Translations under genes and position numbers: made by a program | Shown here: piece by piece, positions 1 through 9,170 of the stretch | Layout: each line of letters begins with the position of its first letter | Numbering within the stretch: the first letter of the stretch is position 1 | Source: Piromyces finnis finn | Lineage: Eukaryota > Fungi > Neocallimastigomycota | DNA length: 64,000 nucleotides | Reading direction: 5' to 3' | NCBI GenBank assembly: GCA_002104945.1 | Contig: MCFH01000010.1 | Location: forward strand, 558,001 to 622,000 | The notes under the pieces: model-generated | The model's database searches: none | Seen by the model: only the letters and a program-made list of their open reading frames with translations | Told to the model about the DNA's origin: nothing

Positions 1-2085
1 AAGCGTTAAAGAGGTTCAAGCGTTTCTTGGGTTAGCTAATTATTATAGAAGATTCATTGCCGGTTTTGCTGAGATCGCACAACCACTGAATGCGTTACTT
101 AAGAAGGATGTTAAATTCTGCTTCTCTCATCAGTGTGAAAATTCTTTTAGTTTAATCAAATCCAAATTTGCTTCTTCCCCTGTTCTTGCATACCCGAATC
201 GTGATATACCTTTCATAGTTGAAACGGATGCAAGTAATTTCGCTATAGGAGCAATCCTTTCACAAACGAATCCAAAAGACAAGTCGGTTCATCCAGTGGC
301 ATTTTTCTCTAGATCGCTTAGTTCTTCTGAAAGGAACTATCCGATCTACGATAAAGAACTTTTAGCAATTGTAGCTGCTTTAGAAACTTGGCGACATCTA
401 CTCAAAGGAACTACTCAGCCTTTCAAGATTTTCTCGGATCATAGAAATTTGCTCTACCAGAAGAAACCCGAAAAAATGACTCAAAGATTAGTTCGTTGGT
501 CTCTGTTCCTTGCCGAGTTTAACTTTATCATCGTTTATCGGTCGGGTTCTGCTAATGGTAAACCTGACGCTTTATCTAGAAGACCAGATTACTTAGAAAA
601 TTTTAAGTATAACAATGACATTCCAAATTCCGTCCTTAGACCCGAAAACTTTTGTGCCATGGTTCTGGATAACAATCCCCTTATGGATAAAATCATTTCA
701 AATAGCAAAGATGATAAATTTTACTTTGAAGTATGCAAATATTTAGAAACTCAAATTCCCCCAGTCCCTCATTCGCAAATCGAAAACTTTAAAATTCAAG
801 ATGGTGTATTATTATTCAATAATAGGATCTATGTCCCCCAAGATTGTCGTTTGGAAGTTCTTAAAATTTGCCATGACTCACCCTCCGCTGGACACTTCGG
901 ATTAAAGAAAACTACTTCCCTTATTGTTCGTGACTTTTGGTGGCCTTATCTCTCAGTCGATGTCAAAGAATATGTTAGGTCTTGCGAAATATGTTGCCGA
1001 TCAAAGGATTCTCGACACAAACCCTATGGATTTCTCTCCCCTTTGGAAATTGCTGAACGTCCTTGGTCTTCCTTATCTATGGACTTTATTACGGATCTCC
1101 CACCTTCCCAAAAGTATACTTGCATTCTTGTAGTCACCGATAGATTAACTAAATTATGCCACTTCATTCCTTTTGAGAACATCCCTTCTGCCTCCGATAC
1201 TGCTGATGCTTTCATGATCAACGTTTTTCGTCTCCATGGATTACCAAATGAAATTCTTTCGGATAGAGGTACTCAATTTACCTCTAAATTCTGGAATTCA
1301 ATTTGCAAATCTTTTGATATAAACCTAAAATTTTCTTCTTCCTACCATCACCAAACTAACGGGCTGACGGAGAGGGTAAACTCCGTTGTAGAACAATACC
1401 TAAGGTGTTACTCAAATTATAAAGGCTCTAACTGGTACAAGTTCTTACATCTTGCTGAATTTAGTTACAATAATGCCGTTCAAGAATCTACCAAAACTTC
1501 ACCATTTTTTGCTAACTATGGCTATAATCCAAAACATTCTCCAATTTTACCAAGTCGTACCGAGATACCAACTGCGGATGAATTCACAAGAAATTTCAAA
1601 GAAATAATTAAAACTCTTAAAGATAACTTGAAGAAATCCATTAATCAACAAGAAAAATTCGCAAACAAACACAGAAGTAAAGCCCCTGAACTCAAGGTAA
1701 ATGATAAAGTATGGATCAACAGTTCTTTAATAATGCGTAATGGTAATAAGAAGTTAAAACCTAGAAAACTTGGTCCGTACAAAATAATTGAAAAAATTTC
1801 TCCAGTTTCTTTCAAATTGGAGTTACCAAAAGAAATTCGCATTCATCCAGTCATCCACGTTTCAGAATTGGAACCCTACCATGAAGACAAGTTCAATAGA
1901 AAGCAACCGCCACCTCCGCCGGTTATTGTGGATAATAAGGAAGAATTTGAAGTCGAAGAGATATTGGATAAAAGAAGATATTATGGTAAAGTCCAATATC
2001 TAATTAAATGGAAAGGATACCCAATATCTGAAGCATCTTGGGAGCCAGAAACAAATTTGAATTGTCCAGAACTACTTAAGGAATT
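1..2085 (+). mobile_element. Element B: 3' part of a Ty3/gypsy chromovirus. It starts left of the window and its 3' end is interrupted by the element A LTR.
   Basis: Pol reading frame from position 2. The sequence switches to the A-family LTR (TGTAACGAATC) at 2086, and no 3' UTR, PPT or LTR of B follows. Confidence 0.9.
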
Positions 2086-2107
2086 TGTAACGAATCATAG
2101 AAATTAG
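2..2107 (+). CDS. pol: Pol of element B (RT connection, RNase H, integrase, chromodomain), 5'-partial. The last six codons (VTNHRN) and the stop are read from the A LTR.
   Basis: Frame is open from base 2 ([18 protein letters not shown]). Motifs: RNase [20 protein letters not shown], integrase HHCC (CHDSPSAGH...CEIC), D-D-E core (SDRGTQF, ERVN), GPY, chromodomain [25 protein letters not shown]. Confidence 0.93.
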   Translation, partial: SVKEVQAFLGLANYYRRFIAGFAEIAQPLNALLKKDVKFCFSHQCENSFSLIKSKFASSPVLAYPNRDIPFIVETDASNFAIGAILSQTNPKDKSVHPVAFFSRSLSSSERNYPIYDKELLAIVAALETWRHLLKGTTQPFKIFSDHRNLLYQKKPEKMTQRLVRWSLFLAEFNFIIVYRSGSANGKPDALSRRPDYLENFKYNNDIPNSVLRPENFCAMVLDNNPLMDKIISNSKDDKFYFEVCKYLETQIPPVPHSQIENFKIQDGVLLFNNRIYVPQDCRLEVLKICHDSPSAGHFGLKKTTSLIVRDFWWPYLSVDVKEYVRSCEICCRSKDSRHKPYGFLSPLEIAERPWSSLSMDFITDLPPSQKYTCILVVTDRLTKLCHFIPFENIPSASDTADAFMINVFRLHGLPNEILSDRGTQFTSKFWNSICKSFDINLKFSSSYHHQTNGLTERVNSVVEQYLRCYSNYKGSNWYKFLHLAEFSYNNAVQESTKTSPFFANYGYNPKHSPILPSRTEIPTADEFTRNFKEIIKTLKDNLKKSINQQEKFANKHRSKAPELKVNDKVWINSSLIMRNGNKKLKPRKLGPYKIIEKISPVSFKLELPKEIRIHPVIHVSELEPYHEDKFNRKQPPPPPVIVDNKEEFEVEEILDKRRYYGKVQYLIKWKGYPISEASWEPETNLNCPELLKEFVTNHRN

Positions 2108-2494
2108 TAACCTGTCTTAGTGGTTAGTAACTAAGACCTTGGTTTGAACTACTCGAGTTCGAAACCTCATTAATATCTTTTTTTTAATTATTAAAATATT
2201 TTATAACGAAATTTTACCAAAGAAGATAATTTCTGATTGGCTTAAAAAATTAAGTTGTAAAATTTTTATAAATTTACTTTTAAAAACATTTATATAAATA
2301 CGAGTGAAATTTCTCAAAAAATTATTTGGAATTCGAGTTTTTATTAACAAAGAAATTTTATAATAAAAATAAAATTATTAAACACTAACCTGTTATAATT
2401 TTGTTAAGTGTTCAATAATAAAATTTTTATTTGCTTTTATTATTTTCCTTTTTATATATTTGTGTTTTTATTTATTGAACATTAGTTCTTTACA
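2086..2494 (+). repeat. A-family LTR copy 1 (5' LTR), 409 bp
   Basis: Starts TGTAACGAA and ends TTCTTTACA (8/9 inverted termini). Matches 5036-5444 (reverse) and 8219-8559 with no difference seen by eye. Confidence 0.95.
2291..2298 (+). promoter_or_regulatory. Putative TATA box of the A LTR
   Basis: TATATAAA about 40 nt upstream of the inferred transcript 5' end at 2335. Weak on its own in AT-rich DNA. Confidence 0.4.
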
Positions 2495-2504
2495 ATAAAA
2501 ACTC
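2495..2504 (+). promoter_or_regulatory. Self-priming-type primer binding site of element A
   Basis: ATAAAAACTC directly after the LTR is the exact complement of GAGTTTTTAT at 2335-2344 inside the LTR. No TGG tRNA-type PBS is present. Confidence 0.75.
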
Positions 2505-3196
2505 CTAAAATATATAATAACACCTTAGTGTTTAAAAAAGGAAGAATTTTTAATTTATTAAAAAATTAAGTAAGTCAGTGAAGCTTATTTTAACAATAAG
2601 GGTACTGAAAACAAAAGTAAAACCCACAGTTATTATAAGGGGAGCGCCAGGACGCTTAATTTAATAATAAAGAAAAAATTCATTTTCTAATAAAACGTTT
2701 TCTACTTTTAATAAATAAAATTAAATTTTATTTATTATTTTTGAAAAAATATTAAAATAACAAAGAAGTTAGGATTCAATACCTCCCTTAGCGTGGATAG
2801 TTGGACACCTATACGTAATACTTTGTTGTTTAGATATTATTAATAATCGGGGAATTAAACCTATTTTTTTTCTTTCCGCTTAATTAAGTAAGTGACAATA
2901 AAGAAACTAATACCGTTAATTCCTTTTATTGAAAATTTTCATTTCCAATATTAACAATTGATAATATCTACGTTATCAACAAAGAGCTACAAGGGACCTA
3001 GTATTGAATACTAATAAAATTAAATATTTGATGGTCCAATACTATTTAATTTGACTCTTTGTCTATATTTAAAATATTTTAATCAATAAATAATAATAAA
3101 GATTTAATTTTTTTTTTCTTTCTTAATTTCTTCAAACATAACTTTATCTTATTTACATAATTTTTATTTTCAAACAATTATATTTTTTTAATTTTA

Positions 3197-5062
3197 ATGG
3201 AAGGACAAATATTTGATAACGCCTCACTAAAAGACGGTTTCGCAGGAGACAGAAAATATCTCAAAGGTTTCTTAGCCAAAATAGAACTTGTTTTTCTCCT
3301 TTATCCCGAAAGATATCAAGATGAAGAGAGCAAGGTTATCTACCTGATTTCTCGCCTTTATGGAAATGCATTAAATTGGGCCGCTACGCTTATTGACAAC
3401 CATGATCCATGTCTGACCAACTACCAAGCATTCAAGGAAAGACTAAAGGCATTCTACGGGAACAATGATGCAGTCTACGTAGCCAATCAAATGCTACGTA
3501 CTCTCAAGCAACATCGTTTGGGCGGCATCAGAGGATACATCCTTGAATTTAACAAATACTCTGATGAATCTAACTGGAATGAAGAGGCTAAGATGGATGC
3601 TTTTATCGCTGGGCTCAACCAAGAAGTTGCAATGAAGATATTAGAGATGTTCCCAGGACCAAGAGATTTGTTTTCCCTCCAAACTATTGCAGCTAGAATA
3701 GACTCCAGACTTGCTACCAGGGGATTATTTTTTGACAAAAATACTAAGGGACCAAGTTCTAATTCCAGCAATGGCTCCAGAAAGGCTTCCACAAATCTAA
3801 AAGAACATCCCAAGAAGAAAAGATACTTTGGTCCGTTATCCAAGGAAGAAAAAGAAAGAAGAAGTAAGGAAAACTTATGTGTCTATTGTGGATCTCCAAG
3901 ACACCAACTGAAAGATTGTCATAAGAGAAGAAATAAAAACTCAGCATTCGAATCTTTAGTTTCTCTACAAAATAATTCTACCAATTCCAAGAAAAATCAA
4001 CAAGATAGGGTAACCTCAAATTTTAAATTATCGTTTGAACTAGACACAAAAATTCTTATAGACTCCGGTTCTACACTTAATCTAATAGATGTCGACTATT
4101 GCAACGATCACAATATTCCCTACCACTATGAAGAAGATTTACCCAACGTATTCGGTATTGGTGGTAGCCAAAAACTGTTCGGAGTTACTCCACTTCTTAA
4201 TCTTCGCTACATGGATCACCTATGCCGTACTGTCTTTTACGTTACTGATCTACCTGTATATCCTTGTATTCTAGGTCTACGTTGGCTTAAGGAACATAAT
4301 CCAAGTATTGACTTTGAAAATAATAAATTATCCTTTGGTTCTTCATATTGCTTGGATCATTGTATGACTCTCCCTTCGAATGTTCCCGAATTCCATCAGG
4401 AAACTTCTGTTTTTTCTACTGATTGCAATAACTCTTCTTCCGTTTCTTTGCCTATTTTTATTGACAAACCTAAATCTTCTTTTTCAAATTCTAAGTTATC
4501 TCATTCTCGTAATCCCAAAGAAAATCGTTCTAAATCTGTCTTAATTAACAATGAATCTGTTAACGATCCTTTATCACAAGAGACTTGTACTGTCATGGCT
4601 TCTAATATATCTCTTTCTAAAGTTGATTCTTGTTCACCAAAAAACTCTTTTAAAGACTCAAATCCTACTACTAAACTTCCGAAGGAATTAGAATCATATA
4701 TGGACGTCTTTAGCGAATCTTCTGCTGCTCAATTACCACCTCATCGTCCTTATGATTGCCAAATAAACCTAATCGAAAATGCCAAGCTATTTTATGGACC
4801 AATCTACCCACTAACAGACGAAGAAACAAGAGTTTTGAAGGATTATATCGATGAAAACCTCAAAAAGGGTTTCATTAGGAAATCCAAATCTCCTGCTGGT
4901 GCGCCTGTACTTTTCGTTCCTAAAAAGAATGGTGAACTCCGTCTTTGTCAAGATTATAGGGAACTCAACAAAATTACCATTAGAGATTCCTATCCTCTAC
5001 CTCTGATTCAAGATATGCTAGAGCATCTTGGTAAATGTAAAGAACTAATGTTCAATAAATAA
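3197..5062 (+). CDS. gag-pol: Element A Gag-protease-RT N-terminus (native to 5035; last residues CKELMFNK* come from the inverted LTR)
   Basis: CCHC knuckle [14 protein letters not shown], protease ILIDSGS, RT start LPPHRPYDC...[13 protein letters not shown]...[11 protein letters not shown]. It ends at HLGK where the inverted LTR begins. Confidence 0.93.
   Translation: MEGQIFDNASLKDGFAGDRKYLKGFLAKIELVFLLYPERYQDEESKVIYLISRLYGNALNWAATLIDNHDPCLTNYQAFKERLKAFYGNNDAVYVANQMLRTLKQHRLGGIRGYILEFNKYSDESNWNEEAKMDAFIAGLNQEVAMKILEMFPGPRDLFSLQTIAARIDSRLATRGLFFDKNTKGPSSNSSNGSRKASTNLKEHPKKKRYFGPLSKEEKERRSKENLCVYCGSPRHQLKDCHKRRNKNSAFESLVSLQNNSTNSKKNQQDRVTSNFKLSFELDTKILIDSGSTLNLIDVDYCNDHNIPYHYEEDLPNVFGIGGSQKLFGVTPLLNLRYMDHLCRTVFYVTDLPVYPCILGLRWLKEHNPSIDFENNKLSFGSSYCLDHCMTLPSNVPEFHQETSVFSTDCNNSSSVSLPIFIDKPKSSFSNSKLSHSRNPKENRSKSVLINNESVNDPLSQETCTVMASNISLSKVDSCSPKNSFKDSNPTTKLPKELESYMDVFSESSAAQLPPHRPYDCQINLIENAKLFYGPIYPLTDEETRVLKDYIDENLKKGFIRKSKSPAGAPVLFVPKKNGELRLCQDYRELNKITIRDSYPLPLIQDMLEHLGKCKELMFNK
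5031..5035 (+). other. 5-bp target-site duplication GTAAA; partner TTTAC at 8214-8218 in inverted orientation
   Basis: GTAAA abuts the CA end of LTR copy 2 and TTTAC abuts the TG end of LTR copy 3. A 5-bp TSD is typical of Ty3/gypsy integrases. Confidence 0.88.
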
Positions 5063-5444
5063 AAACACAAATATATAAAAAGGAAAATAATAAAAGCAAA
5101 TAAAAATTTTATTATTGAACACTTAACAAAATTATAACAGGTTAGTGTTTAATAATTTTATTTTTATTATAAAATTTCTTTGTTAATAAAAACTCGAATT
5201 CCAAATAATTTTTTGAGAAATTTCACTCGTATTTATATAAATGTTTTTAAAAGTAAATTTATAAAAATTTTACAACTTAATTTTTTAAGCCAATCAGAAA
5301 TTATCTTCTTTGGTAAAATTTCGTTATAAAATATTTTAATAATTAAAAAAAAGATATTAATGAGGTTTCGAACTCGAGTAGTTCAAACCAAGGTCTTAGT
5401 TACTAACCACTAAGACAGGTTACTAATTTCTATGATTCGTTACA
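5036..5444 (-). repeat. A-family LTR copy 2 (original 3' LTR, inverted), 409 bp
   Basis: Reverse complement of 2086-2494, preceded on the minus strand by the PPT. Confidence 0.95.
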
Positions 5445-5447
5445 TGG

Positions 5448-5456
5448 TCCTCCTCC
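5448..5456 (-). promoter_or_regulatory. Polypurine tract of element A
   Basis: Minus strand GGAGGAGGA, 3 nt before the TG of LTR copy 2. Confidence 0.8.
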
Positions 5457-5542
5457 AGGATTCGGATACCAGACGAATCAACTAAATTTATTTGTTACTT
5501 TATTATAAAAGAGATAATTGAAACGAGTGAATACATTTTGAA

Positions 5543-5584
<42 letters not shown>

Positions 5585-5687
5585 TGAATATTAAATTATA
5601 AATATATTTTTTCATTTTCTATTTTCTATTTTCTATTCTCTTTTTCTCTTATCAATTACTAATTTTTTTTTAAATTAATAACTATTA

Positions 5688-8231
5688 CTAATGTGAATTA
5701 TTAAAGTTTTTAATTAGTTCATCGCAGTTTAAATTACTTTCAGGTTCCCAAGATGCTTCTGAAAGCGGATAACCTTTCCATTTTATTAGATATTGAATCT
5801 TCCCATAATGCTTTCTTTTATCAAGTATTTCTTCTACTTCGTATTCTTCTTCTTCATTTACTATTATAGGTGGAGGTGGATCTTTGATTCTTCCAAAACT
5901 ATCTTCATAATACGGTTCTAGGTTTGAAACATGAACAATTGGGTAAATCTTCAGCGATTTTGGTAATTCTAATTTATAAGTGAGATTAGAGATTTTACTA
6001 ATTATCCTAAACGGGCCAAGTTTCCTAGGATTAAATTTTTTATTTCCTTTATGAATTATCAAGGAGCTATCCAACCATACTTTGTCACCAGTCTTGAATG
6101 TCGGAGGTTCTTGTCTATACTTGTCGGCATATTTCTTTTGAACTTGGATGGCCTTCTTTAAGTTTTCTTTTAGTTTCTCCATTAGGTCTTCAAAGTCTCT
6201 TGTAAACTCTTCAGCTCTTGGAACATTCGTTTGGTCAGGAATTACCGGAGAGTATTTTGGGTGATAACCATAATTTAGGAAGAATGGTGAGAATTTTGTT
6301 GAGTCTTGAACAGCATTATTGTAACTGAATTCTGCCAATGGAAGAAAGTTGATCCAGTTTGTTCCTTTATAATTAGAAAAGCATCTTAAATATTGTTCAA
6401 CAACGGAGTTTACCCTCTCCGTTTGGCCATTGGATTGATGATGATATGGTGAAGAATATTTAACATTGACGTCCAAAGATTGACAAATAGATTTCCAAAA
6501 TTTCGAAGTGAATTGCGCGCCTCTATCGGAAATAATTTCAGAGGGGAGACCGTGAATTTTGAAAATATAATTCAAAAAAGCAAAAGCAGTATCAGAAGCA
6601 GAAGGAATACCTTTAAAGGGAATGAGGTGGCACATTTTAGTAAGGCGGTCAACTACAACAAGAATAGTGTTAAATCCATCCGAAGGAGGGAGGTCAGTAA
6701 TGAAATCCATAGAAATAGAAGCCCAAGGATGGTCACTAATCTCAAGGGGTTGAAGTAAACCATATGGTTTATGACGAGAAGGCTTGGAGCGGCAACAAAT
6801 CTCGCAAGATCGGATATAATTCTTAACATCAATAGAAATGGATGGCCACCAAAAGTCACGAGAGATCAAAGAAATAGTTTTGCGGATACCAAAATGACCG
6901 GCAGAGGGGGAATCATGACAGAGTTTCAAAACGGAGGGACGGCATTTTAAAGGGACATAGATTCTACTATCAAAAAGAAGAAAACTATTACTAAGGGAGA
7001 ATTTATTACTTTGTGGATGTGGAGCTGGGAGATTCTTATTTTCAAGAAAATTGCAAATGTCAATGTAAAAAGAGTCGTTCACATATTCAGATAATATTTC
7101 ATCATTAAGAGAAGAAATGGAACAAATCAAAGCGCAGAAATTCTCAGGGCGTAAAACCGAAAAAGGAGCATCAGAAGGAAGAGAGGAATCCATATAATCA
7201 GGTCTTCGTGAAAGCGCATCAGGTTTACCATTAGATGAACCAGAGCGGTAGAGAATTTTAAAGTTAAATTCGGAAAGGAAAAGGGCCCAACGAACAAGAC
7301 GTTGTGACATTTTTTCCGGTTTCTTTTGATATAGTAAGTTTCGATGATCTGAATAAATAGTAAACGGGGTTAAAGCACCTTTGAGAAAATGTCGCCAAGT
7401 TTCAAGAGCATTAACAATAGCTAAAAGTTCTTTATCGTATATAGGATAGTTTCTTTCAGCGGAAGTAAGAGATCTTGAATAGAAAGCGACAGGATGGATC
7501 ATTTTATCATCAGGAGATTTTTGAGACAGAACTGCTCCTATAGCAAAGTTGCTAGAGTCGGTTTCAACAATAAAGGGAAGATCACGATTTGGGTGAGACA
7601 GGATGGGAGCAGATGAAATTAATGATTTAATGGTATTAAATGCATCAAGAGCTTCAGAGGAAAAATCAAATTTAACGTTTTTACGAAGTAGTCTGTGAAG
7701 GGGTTGTGCAACTTTGGCAAAATTAGGAATAAACCGACGATAGTAGTTGGCTAGGCCAATAAAAGATTGAACTTCCTTGACACTGGACGGAACTGGCCAA
7801 TTAATAATAGCAGAAACTTTATTGGGGTCCATATGTATACCTTCAGAGGATATCCGATGACCAAGGAAATCAATAGAGGAAACAAAGAATTCACACTTTT
7901 CAAGCTTAGCATAAAGACCAGCATTTCTTAAGCGATCCAGGACTTCGATAACGTGCTTAATGTGGGATTTATGGTTTTCAGAAAAAATAATTAAATCGTC
8001 AATATATGAATAAACAAAAATCCCTAGAATATTTTCCAGAACATCATTGATAAAATGCTGAAAAACAGCCGGGGCGTTTTTCAGTCCGAATGGCATTACC
8101 AGGTATTCAAAGTGGCCGAATTTGCAGGTGAAAGCTGTTTTATATTCATCACCCTTTTTGATTCGGACCAAATTATATGCTGATCGTAAATCCAATTTTG
8201 AGAAGATTTTCGCTTTACTGTAACGAATCAT
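5688..8231 (-). CDS. pol: Element A RT core-RNase H-integrase-chromodomain half (inverted); ATG supplied by the antisense LTR end
   Basis: [25 protein letters not shown], RNase H ETDSSNFAIG, HHCC, DDE, GPF and chromodomain, with no stops. The first codons ATG ATT CGT TAC are the reverse complement of LTR 8219-8231. Confidence 0.93.
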   Translation of the reverse strand: MIRYSKAKIFSKLDLRSAYNLVRIKKGDEYKTAFTCKFGHFEYLVMPFGLKNAPAVFQHFINDVLENILGIFVYSYIDDLIIFSENHKSHIKHVIEVLDRLRNAGLYAKLEKCEFFVSSIDFLGHRISSEGIHMDPNKVSAIINWPVPSSVKEVQSFIGLANYYRRFIPNFAKVAQPLHRLLRKNVKFDFSSEALDAFNTIKSLISSAPILSHPNRDLPFIVETDSSNFAIGAVLSQKSPDDKMIHPVAFYSRSLTSAERNYPIYDKELLAIVNALETWRHFLKGALTPFTIYSDHRNLLYQKKPEKMSQRLVRWALFLSEFNFKILYRSGSSNGKPDALSRRPDYMDSSLPSDAPFSVLRPENFCALICSISSLNDEILSEYVNDSFYIDICNFLENKNLPAPHPQSNKFSLSNSFLLFDSRIYVPLKCRPSVLKLCHDSPSAGHFGIRKTISLISRDFWWPSISIDVKNYIRSCEICCRSKPSRHKPYGLLQPLEISDHPWASISMDFITDLPPSDGFNTILVVVDRLTKMCHLIPFKGIPSASDTAFAFLNYIFKIHGLPSEIISDRGAQFTSKFWKSICQSLDVNVKYSSPYHHQSNGQTERVNSVVEQYLRCFSNYKGTNWINFLPLAEFSYNNAVQDSTKFSPFFLNYGYHPKYSPVIPDQTNVPRAEEFTRDFEDLMEKLKENLKKAIQVQKKYADKYRQEPPTFKTGDKVWLDSSLIIHKGNKKFNPRKLGPFRIISKISNLTYKLELPKSLKIYPIVHVSNLEPYYEDSFGRIKDPPPPIIVNEEEEYEVEEILDKRKHYGKIQYLIKWKGYPLSEASWEPESNLNCDELIKNFNNSH

Positions 8232-8559
8232 AGAAATTAGTAACCTGTCTTAGTGGTTAGTAACTAAGACCTTGGTTTGAACTACTCGAGTTCGAAACCT
8301 CATTAATATCTTTTTTTTAATTATTAAAATATTTTATAACGAAATTTTACCAAAGAAGATAATTTCTGATTGGCTTAAAAAATTAAGTTGTAAAATTTTT
8401 ATAAATTTACTTTTAAAAACATTTATATAAATACGAGTGAAATTTCTCAAAAAATTATTTGGAATTCGAGTTTTTATTAACAAAGAAATTTTATAATAAA
8501 AATAAAATTATTAAACACTAACCTGTTATAATTTTGTTAAGTGTTCAATAATAAAATTT
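8219..8559 (+). repeat. A-family LTR copy 3, 3'-truncated (341 of 409 bp)
   Basis: Matches 2086 onward up to ...TTCAATAATAAAATTT, then breaks off into C-derived sequence. Confidence 0.93.
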
Positions 8560-8564
8560 GAAGA

Positions 8565-8678
8565 ACGGTTGCCATCAAAACCGTTCTTCAAATCAGCAGA
8601 GTTATCCATAAAAAAAATTAGAAGTAAGCAAATAAACGAGGCACTGAGGTAGCGATCTTTTTCTTAGAGTGTTTTTAT
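8565..8678 (-). pseudogene. Truncated start of a second C unit (PBS, 5' UTR, first ~15 gag codons)
   Basis: Same sequence as 13698-13812 apart from one A-run length; encodes [15 protein letters not shown] and then ends. Confidence 0.88.
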
Positions 8679-9059
8679 TGTAACGAAATATTATAATAAT
8701 AAACACACACACTCTAATGTATCAAATATATGTATTTTTTTTTTAATAATGTTTATTTATTAAATTTATTATTATAATACGACTAACTCGCTAGGTCAGT
8801 GTATTATCAAACTAAAGACGAAACAAAAAAAAAAAACTAATTTTTATTAATTATTAATAAAAACACTAAAGAACTATTTTATCTTTCTTATTCTCTCTTT
8901 TATACATGAAAATTATTTTTTTTTTTTTTTTTTAATACAATTTGATAAGTGAATTAATTACTTAATGATTGGTTATAAAAATATAATTATGAAATTTTCA
9001 TTAATCTAACCTTAATGATTTTCTAGTCTAACCCTTATCATTAGATATACCTCATTACA
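8679..9059 (-). repeat. C-family LTR (3' LTR of unit 1 and 5' LTR of unit 2), 381 bp
   Basis: Minus strand TGTAATGAGG...TTTCGTTACA. Differs from 13813-14200 only in three homopolymer lengths. Confidence 0.95.
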
Positions 9060-9061
9060 AG

Positions 9062-9071
9062 CTCCTCCTCT
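9062..9071 (-). promoter_or_regulatory. Polypurine tract of element C
   Basis: Minus strand AGAGGAGGAG, 2 nt before the LTR TG. Confidence 0.8.
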
Positions 9072-9104
9072 AAATTCGGATTCCAGACGAATTTATAAGC
9101 TAAT

Positions 9105-9144
<40 letters not shown>

Positions 9145-9170
9145 AGGCAGTTGACTTCATATGAGAATTA

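Larger units (their letters stand above)
2086..8559 (+). mobile_element. Element A: rearranged Ty3/gypsy chromovirus (LTR - gag/PR/RT-N - inverted LTR - inverted RT/RH/IN/CHD - truncated LTR)
   Basis: Three copies of one 409-bp LTR. The two pol halves join in frame (HLGK|[13 protein letters not shown]) if 5036-8218 is re-inverted. GTAAA at 5031-5035 and its reverse complement TTTAC at 8214-8218. Confidence 0.92.

Noticed and set aside
1-2085. Element B pol as the missing pol of element D
   Set aside because: It has the opposite orientation and is 12 kb away. It closely resembles the A/C chromovirus pol, whereas D has a different Gag and a tRNA PBS.
2495-2520. Canonical tRNA PBS for A (and for C at 13790-13812)
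   Set aside because: No TGG start or tRNA-3'-end complement is visible; self-complementarity to the LTR explains the site better.
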